Below are positions 57,468-64,000 of a stretch of DNA of 64,000 nt, one piece after another. Source of the DNA: Candidatus Heimdallarchaeota archaeon (GTDB taxonomy: Archaea > Asgardarchaeota > Heimdallarchaeia > Heimdallarchaeales > Heimdallarchaeaceae); the NCBI GenBank assembly GCA_016839945.1, contig JAEOTE010000025.1, forward strand, positions 1 to 64,000. Direction: 5' to 3'. Position 1 is the first letter of the stretch, and every line of letters starts with the position of its first letter. A program made the translations under genes and the position numbers. The notes under the pieces are model-generated. The model was not told where the DNA came from. It saw nothing but the letters and a program-made list of their open reading frames with translations, and ran no database searches.

Positions 57468-59471
57468 TTGCGAACACACAAAGTTAAAAGTTTGATATTT
57501 GTTTCAACGATGATTCTAGGATTAGTCCTAGCAAGTATATTAGGTTCTTCAATGAACTTCTCACCCTTAGAAAACACAACCTCTTTATCCCCCAATAATG
57601 AAATAATTTTATTTAATAACACAGATCCAATTATTGATGGATATTTAGATAGCTATTCAGACGAATGGGAAAATGCAACAATTTTAACTACTACCTATGG
57701 ATTCCCAACTACAACAATAACAATACGTGTGCAAGCAAATGAGACATATTTATTCATGGGATTCAGTTTTACAATTCCTGAATATTCTCCAATAAATACA
57801 ACTATACCTACAGGTGATAGTTATAATAACCAATCTCATACTTGGTTTACAATAGTATTTGACAATAATTTTGACCAAAAAATTGGAAATGAATTGTCTC
57901 CTGGAGATGCTATTGCTGTAAATTATAGAGCTGAAGGAGCTTATGATTGTTTCATTAATGGAACATCTCCTGAATCTTTTGTACTGGATGTAAACGCAAC
58001 CGGTTTTAACGATGCAATTGGATTTCTAACCCAAAAAGAAGATGATTTTCATAATTATGAAATATCAATAGAAGTTGCAAAGAAGTTGAATTCAGGCGAT
58101 GAAAATGGGTATGATATGAGAGTTCATGAAAGTGACAAATTGAAGTTTCTACTTCTAGCTTTTGAGAATGAGACAGCAGTATATAATTATACTACTTTAA
58201 ATAGTCACATCACTGCCTGGAAAACTATAAGCTTAGAAACACAACACACTTACTTCTCCTATGTTGAAACTTATGATGAAATAGATGCTCTTCTATATGT
58301 CTCAGATTCATCATATACAAGTTTTTATAATCTGACAAGTATTGCTCATTTCTTATATCAATATGGAATGAACGCAACTATTGTTTTAGAGGATGCTTAC
58401 GAATTTACAACTCCAAGTCTTGATTTAGTAGACTTAGTAATATTGCTTGGTTCTTTGACTGATTTAACTGAAGAAGAAATAGAAGCTCTTAGATTCTATG
58501 CAGCTGCTGGTGGAAGTCTAATGATATTAGCTGATGGAACAGATTCTGAAAGCAAGATTAATGATTTATTAACTCATTTTGATATGGAAATTTATAACTC
58601 AACTATTATCTCTAAGAATATTGCAGTTAATTCTTCTATTATAGTAACTGGAAATGATATCATAGATTTACCTTTTCTGGACTCTTCTACACTGTTAACT
58701 AATCAACCAATAAACGAAGTTGTTTATTATGGATCTGCTATTAACTTTACTGATGAGATTGGAGAAAAAATAATCCAATTCCAAGAAGGAGATTTGTATT
58801 CCACAATAAATGTGACAGGTGATTACTACATAGATTTGGATAAAAATGGTGAGTTCAATTCTTCAATCGATCTTTCTCTTAATGATTCAGCAACATTGCA
58901 GGCAGCCGTGGAATTACAAAGAGGAGGAAAAATAATAGTTACAGCTTCTGCTGAATTATTTAATCAAACTGCCTTCGCTCAAAAAGACAATAAGTACTTC
59001 TTACTCCGAGAAATACAATGGTTGTTGAACTCTCAAAATAGAATAAACATTCAAAGTTATGAAGTGCTTGAATCAGAAGTAGTAGAAGGTGAGGATATTC
59101 ATGTCACCATCACAATTAAGGGAGACAATGATACTGTCCTTGATGATGTTCATGTATGGGTTACTCTTCAAACATTCAAGACAGATATAAATTCATCCGA
59201 TTTATCAATAAAGGAAGATGGCATTAGCTACAATGGTTCTATAAATACTGACGTAGCTCCAGTAGCATTTGTTGATGTGTCAATTAGAATGCATAAAAGA
59301 GGATATGGCTACAATGAAACTGCACTTTATCAAGTTTTTATTGACCCACTACCAAGAGGCTTTATTAAAATAGATATTGTAGCTCTAATTATATTCGTTT
59401 GTTCTATTGGACTAGCAGGTATTGGAGCTTTTGCAATAAAGAAATACAAGTTCGAAAGCAATGGCGAATAA
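57468..59471 (+). CDS. secreted, C-terminally anchored glycoprotein with GIFT/OST48(Wbp1)-like C-terminal half
   Basis: Signal peptide; P.IDG...EW sugar-binding-like start; EIEAL..Y...GGSLMIL; GKIIVTAS.ELF; Ig-like domain; TM; many NxS/T sequons. Confidence 0.7.
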   Translation: MRTHKVKSLIFVSTMILGLVLASILGSSMNFSPLENTTSLSPNNEIILFNNTDPIIDGYLDSYSDEWENATILTTTYGFPTTTITIRVQANETYLFMGFSFTIPEYSPINTTIPTGDSYNNQSHTWFTIVFDNNFDQKIGNELSPGDAIAVNYRAEGAYDCFINGTSPESFVLDVNATGFNDAIGFLTQKEDDFHNYEISIEVAKKLNSGDENGYDMRVHESDKLKFLLLAFENETAVYNYTTLNSHITAWKTISLETQHTYFSYVETYDEIDALLYVSDSSYTSFYNLTSIAHFLYQYGMNATIVLEDAYEFTTPSLDLVDLVILLGSLTDLTEEEIEALRFYAAAGGSLMILADGTDSESKINDLLTHFDMEIYNSTIISKNIAVNSSIIVTGNDIIDLPFLDSSTLLTNQPINEVVYYGSAINFTDEIGEKIIQFQEGDLYSTINVTGDYYIDLDKNGEFNSSIDLSLNDSATLQAAVELQRGGKIIVTASAELFNQTAFAQKDNKYFLLREIQWLLNSQNRINIQSYEVLESEVVEGEDIHVTITIKGDNDTVLDDVHVWVTLQTFKTDINSSDLSIKEDGISYNGSINTDVAPVAFVDVSIRMHKRGYGYNETALYQVFIDPLPRGFIKIDIVALIIFVCSIGLAGIGAFAIKKYKFESNGE

Positions 59472-59558
59472 GCTTTGCTTTCAATTTTAATATTTTTATA
59501 CTTTTGAATAAATCTTATTATAGTGATGTCTCATAATAATTTTAAGTGTGAAAATTAA

Positions 59559-60281
59559 ATGATCAATTTAGCTATCTTCTCTGATGTTCATTCCAATCTA
59601 GAAGCGCTAAATGTTGTAGTTGATTATATTAAAGATATTTCACCTGATATCATAATATTCCTTGGTGATATAGTAGGATATGGTCCTAACCCTAAAGAAT
59701 GTATTAAGATTGTTGAAGATATAGCTCAAATACATGTTGTGGGAAATCATGATTATGCCATTTTTACAGATAACTTCATGTATTTCAATCCTTTACCAAA
59801 GATTTCACTGTCATGGACAAAACAGCAACTTACTGATAAGGAAATCCAAATTCTAGGATCTCATCCATTTTTCTCAATTTTTCCATTGTTTGTCACTGAA
59901 GGTAATGCAATGTTTGTTCATGGTTCACCAAGAAAACCTCTAAGAGATTATGTATCTCCTAACCTACCCTCTTGGTCATATAACATGTTCTTCGAAATAA
60001 CAAGAGAATTTACTGAAATAGATTTCCTCTTTCTAGGACACACTCACAAACCACTCCATATAATTAATGAGGAAAAGCACCTTCTCAACCCTGGTTCAGT
60101 AGGACAACCTAGAGATAAAAATCCCAAAGCATCTTTTATGACTTTTCAAATCAAGGAAAAAACAAAAGAATTTGAATTCGAACATGTTCGATTAGATTAT
60201 GATGTTGAAACAACTTGCAAAAAGATGGAAGAACTTCAGTTTCATCCCTTTCTTATTAATAGATTAAGAAGAGGAATCTAA
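59559..60281 (+). CDS. metallophosphoesterase (calcineurin-like)
   Basis: SDVHSN, LGDIVGYG, GNHD, HGSP, GHTH, NPGSVGQPRD. Confidence 0.93.
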   Translation: MINLAIFSDVHSNLEALNVVVDYIKDISPDIIIFLGDIVGYGPNPKECIKIVEDIAQIHVVGNHDYAIFTDNFMYFNPLPKISLSWTKQQLTDKEIQILGSHPFFSIFPLFVTEGNAMFVHGSPRKPLRDYVSPNLPSWSYNMFFEITREFTEIDFLFLGHTHKPLHIINEEKHLLNPGSVGQPRDKNPKASFMTFQIKEKTKEFEFEHVRLDYDVETTCKKMEELQFHPFLINRLRRGI

Positions 60282-60298
60282 TCATTAAATGATAAATA

Positions 60299-61408
60299 CT
60301 ATGTTTTGATTTCATCTTCATTCTGTGTTTCTTCGATTTCTTCTTCTTTCTTCTTATCTTCTTTTTGTTTATAATCCTTCAAAAATATTGAAGTAATTGC
60401 TGCTGTAATTAGAGTAAGACCTGTCCCTATAAGTGTTTGATAAATAATCGAAGCACCAGTTATTGCGGGATCTATAAGAAGACCCTCCATTAAAGATTGT
60501 GTTGTAATTGTTCCTACTCCTAATCCTGCTGGAGTAACAATTCCTGCTAGCAATGTTATTGAAGTTATAGAGGCAGAATCAATCAAAGAAAGGGTTTCTC
60601 CAAATGCCAATAGAGTAAATTTGAGAGAATAAAATTCCAGAATCCACCTTACAATTGTTGTAATAACTACATAAGTTGCAATAATTCTCTGTTTATACAG
60701 ATTTTTTAGTGATGAGTAATAATTTAGCATAGCGGGATGAAAGGTATTCTCAAGCCAAAGATCTCCTTTCGATGAGAATCTCCCAACTATTTTTCTCAAT
60801 ATTTTGTAGAATATCTCTCCAACAGGGGGTAGGAATAAAATAAAAGATAATACGATTGTTCCAACAAGAGCGGAATAAAAAATAACCTTAGTCACAGTTT
60901 CAATTGTTGCAGCTTTATTCGGATCAATTAATTCAAAGTTTTGAATAATCGTCGGAATTGTTTTACCTAAAGCTACAATAAAGAAAATTAAAACTACAAA
61001 GAGATCTAGTATTCGAAAGAGGACGATAGCTGCAAGAGAAGAAGTTCTTGGAATTGAAACTGATCTCTTGTTGATCTCAACACTAACTATCTCTCCAGAT
61101 TTTAAAGGACCCAATGTGCTAAATCCATATCCCACAAAGAAAGGAATAAGGAAATTTTTGAAAGAAAGACCTTTCGAAGATGGTTTAACAAGGACATAGA
61201 ACCGAAATGCTTTGATGAAGAGACTAATAACCATGAAGGCTAATGCTAATAACAAGAATCCAAATGCTGATTGTAAGAATAAACCAAAAACATTACCTAA
61301 AGGTTCTTGCTTGTTTAAGTGATAAAAGAAATAAACAAGTGTTCCAAGCATAACCAAAATCACAAGTATTCTGAAGAAGTACTTTCGAAAAAAATGTTTT
61401 ATGTTCAT
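60299..61408 (-). CDS. LPG-synthase TM-domain / flippase-like membrane protein (UPF0104)
   Basis: Multi-TM; KAFRF, P.KSGE, RILD, TPAGLG. Confidence 0.85.
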   Translation of the reverse strand: MNIKHFFRKYFFRILVILVMLGTLVYFFYHLNKQEPLGNVFGLFLQSAFGFLLLALAFMVISLFIKAFRFYVLVKPSSKGLSFKNFLIPFFVGYGFSTLGPLKSGEIVSVEINKRSVSIPRTSSLAAIVLFRILDLFVVLIFFIVALGKTIPTIIQNFELIDPNKAATIETVTKVIFYSALVGTIVLSFILFLPPVGEIFYKILRKIVGRFSSKGDLWLENTFHPAMLNYYSSLKNLYKQRIIATYVVITTIVRWILEFYSLKFTLLAFGETLSLIDSASITSITLLAGIVTPAGLGVGTITTQSLMEGLLIDPAITGASIIYQTLIGTGLTLITAAITSIFLKDYKQKEDKKKEEEIEETQNEDEIKT

Positions 61409-61501
61409 CCGTTTGTACCTTCAAATTCTATAAAAATAGATTTTCATATCAACAATCTAGAAGGATGAAGAAAGGAAAGGAATTAAGTTGCTTTGTTTTG
61501 A

Positions 61502-61666
61502 TTACCCAGTTTCGACTCCGCCTTCTAGGAACCATTCGTAGGTACATTCACGACATACTTGTTTCTTTCTATAGACAGGATTATGACCAAAATAAGCAAT
61601 TGGTTTAGACTTATCCTCAACTTCTTTTAAATTGCGACTATGACATTTAGGACATTCTTTAGCCAT
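61502..61666 (-). CDS. small Zn-ribbon protein (54 aa), not in ORF track
   Basis: MAKECPKCHSRNLKEVEDKSKPIAYFGHNPVYRKKQVCRECTYEWFLEGGVETG; GGTGA SD upstream. Confidence 0.8.
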   Translation of the reverse strand: MAKECPKCHSRNLKEVEDKSKPIAYFGHNPVYRKKQVCRECTYEWFLEGGVETG

Positions 61667-61955
61667 TTCTAATTTTCACCTTTAGAATTGTTTCTTGCTT
61701 CTTTCTTTAGTCACAACCTATAAAAAATTTGTGTAAGTTTCAATTGATGTTTAAAGTTTTCTTTTAAATGTTAAGGAAATTTTTAGAATAAATCATTAAT
61801 TATGTGATTTATGTCGGAATGTTTTATACAAATAGAGTGTTAAAACACCCTAAATAGTTCTAGACATATTAAAAATGATATTAAAATATGCTAACCTGCT
61901 TTAGATTTTTTTCTTTTTTATGTGAATTTTACTCTATATAAGAATTCTTTAAAAT

Positions 61956-63599
61956 ATGAAAAATATAATCACATTAATGCAAACCATTGGAGATTTTTAT
62001 GATGCATATATCAAGAACAAGGAAGATTTTCCTGACATTGATTATTTTTACAATGATGTCCCTCAAACATACGGTGATGCTGTAGATTTAGCACTTTCAA
62101 TGCCTGAGTTTAAAATAGACTTAAATAAATTACAAGAAGCTAAAGAAGTTCTTCTTAATTATCATAAAAAACTAGGTTTGCTAACACCTAAAGTAAAAGA
62201 TCATATTTTAAACCTGGAAAAAGGAGTAGTCATCGCAGGACAACAAGCAACAATCTTCGGTGGTTCAGGAATTATAGGTAACAAAATTGCTGCTCTAGCC
62301 AATATTAATGAAATAAGTAAAGAAAAGGGAAAAGAGTTAATTCCTGTTTTTCTAGTTAATACTCATGATGGAATTCAACCAGAAATAACAACAATACATT
62401 TACCTAATAACCAATCATCGACAAGTAAACCTATTATTTTACAAGATGTAAAAGATGGAGTAACATTGAACACCATTCAATCAAATAATCCAAGTTGGTT
62501 ATACGAAAATCTAAATATAATAAGAAACAACTTCAATGAATTCAAAACAACTATTGATAAAGATAATCAGAAATTATTTAACGAAAAAGTTGACCATGTG
62601 CTTACTTTTCTAAGAGAAACATATAGAGCATCTTTAAATCTAGGGGAATGGGTTACATTAATTTGGGGTATTCAAGCAAATATAATCAATAATTGGGGTA
62701 TAGTCTTTTTACCATCATCCGATGAAAGAATTAGAGATTTAACTACAAGCGGTTACGAATACATCTTAAAAAATAGAAAAGAATACATAGATGAATTTAA
62801 TTCCGCAACCTCCAAGATTAAAGAAATGAATCTTAAGTCTACTACAGCTCCCAAGAAAAATGATTACTCTCCCTTCTTTTATGAGTGCCTTAACGATGGA
62901 TACCGCATAAAATTAACTTGTACTGAAAATGAAAATGAATTACAGTTTCATGGAGTGTGTCCAATAGACGAGGTTGAGTACTCATTTGCAGTAGATAAAA
63001 ATAATCCTGACTTATCTTCTTATAGCAAATATCTATCACCAAGGTTAGACACAAATCAAGCAATATTACAGACTTTCTTACCAACTTATATTAGGATTTC
63101 AGGTCCAGGTGAAATTAATTATAATGCTCAAGTTATTCCTCCAATAAGGAAAATTGGAATTCAATTTCCAATTTATGTGAAGTATACGCGAATGCTTTAT
63201 AATACTCCATGGATAGAGAAAATAGCAAACGATTCAACAGTTGAAAAGCACTCTCTCTTTACAAAAGATTTCTTTAGCTTTCTTGGAAAAATTGCAAAAT
63301 CACGAAGAAGAAAAGAAAAGGATCAACTTAGAGAAGCAACAATCACACTTACAGATTTTATTAAATCCAGAAAATCTGAATTAGAAAAATTGAAGGAAAC
63401 ACCAATACATCTACTAGAGAAATACAAATCTTATCAATTTGGAATGTATGATGAAAGACATCATTGGCAAGAAGTTAGTTGGCCTTGGTTTGTTATGGCT
63501 ATAATAACGGGTTTAAACGATTGTTTAGCTTCCTATAAACGATACTATTCTGGAGATTTACCTATTGGTGGAATAGGGTTTATTAATTCAAGATTGTAA
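61956..63599 (+). CDS. bshC: bacillithiol biosynthesis cysteine-adding enzyme BshC-like
   Basis: VIAGQQA..FGG, K, IPVF....HD, SP......Q..LPT...I.GPGEI.Y.AQ; about 550 aa. Confidence 0.8.
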   Translation: MKNIITLMQTIGDFYDAYIKNKEDFPDIDYFYNDVPQTYGDAVDLALSMPEFKIDLNKLQEAKEVLLNYHKKLGLLTPKVKDHILNLEKGVVIAGQQATIFGGSGIIGNKIAALANINEISKEKGKELIPVFLVNTHDGIQPEITTIHLPNNQSSTSKPIILQDVKDGVTLNTIQSNNPSWLYENLNIIRNNFNEFKTTIDKDNQKLFNEKVDHVLTFLRETYRASLNLGEWVTLIWGIQANIINNWGIVFLPSSDERIRDLTTSGYEYILKNRKEYIDEFNSATSKIKEMNLKSTTAPKKNDYSPFFYECLNDGYRIKLTCTENENELQFHGVCPIDEVEYSFAVDKNNPDLSSYSKYLSPRLDTNQAILQTFLPTYIRISGPGEINYNAQVIPPIRKIGIQFPIYVKYTRMLYNTPWIEKIANDSTVEKHSLFTKDFFSFLGKIAKSRRRKEKDQLREATITLTDFIKSRKSELEKLKETPIHLLEKYKSYQFGMYDERHHWQEVSWPWFVMAIITGLNDCLASYKRYYSGDLPIGGIGFINSRL

Positions 63600-63601
63600 G
63601 T

Positions 63602-64000
63602 TTACAATATCTTTTGATACCAATCAAGATACATGTTTGTTATTTTTACAGATTCAAACTGATTGACTACTTTTTCTCTACCTTTTTTTCCTAATGATTT
63701 AGTTTTTGATTCATCTTCAAGTAATTGTATCATATAGTTTACAAAAGTATCTATATCTTCCAATTCATATACAAAACCGTTCTCATTGTGATCTAATACT
63801 TCAGTAACTCCACCAACATCCGGTGCTATTACAGGAACTTCACATGCCATTGCTTCTGCCAGTGTTAAACCAAAGCTCTCTTTAGAGCTCGCAGATAGTA
63901 AAGCAGATGCACAGTTGTATATGGGAGTCAAGGTGTTTCGAACTCCTTGAAAAATAACATGCTCACGAATATCTAGTTGGTTTGCCAATTCTTCACTTTT
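63602..64000 (-). CDS. bshA: GT4 glycosyltransferase, probably BshA (5' end outside window)
   Basis: S.KESFGL.L.EAMACEVPVI...VGG..EV..H..NG; frame open to window edge; converges on bshC. Confidence 0.6.
   Translation of the reverse strand, partial: KSEELANQLDIREHVIFQGVRNTLTPIYNCASALLSASSKESFGLTLAEAMACEVPVIAPDVGGVTEVLDHNENGFVYELEDIDTFVNYMIQLLEDESKTKSLGKKGREKVVNQFESVKITNMYLDWYQKIL

Overview
AT-rich (roughly 30% GC), densely coding archaeal chromosomal segment, most likely from an Asgard archaeon (Heimdallarchaeia-like; this is an inference). The evidence is two intron-containing archaeal tRNAs (Tyr-GTA with two BHB introns, Thr-CGT), oapA/B/C homologues, cofC/cofD, a tungsten AOR, and several eukaryote-like proteins: small GTPases, longin-like and uDENN-like domains, an OST48/Wbp1-like protein, and an Rpo5 with the eukaryotic RPB5 N-terminal domain plus a histone-H1-like tail. 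No mobile elements, CRISPR arrays or rRNA were seen. The best candidate for a new system is a tightly coupled operon at 7054-10794: a single-pass membrane protein ending in GGG(CA)6GGGR, a PqqD/RRE-fused radical SAM-SPASM enzyme and a SAM methyltransferase. This looks like RiPP-type maturation machinery acting on the cytoplasmic tail of a receptor-like protein. Several typically bacterial functions also appear: bacillithiol bshC/bshA, PlsY, a KstD-like ketosteroid dehydrogenase, and class I FBPase with class II aldolase. All product calls come from motif recognition by eye, not from database searches.
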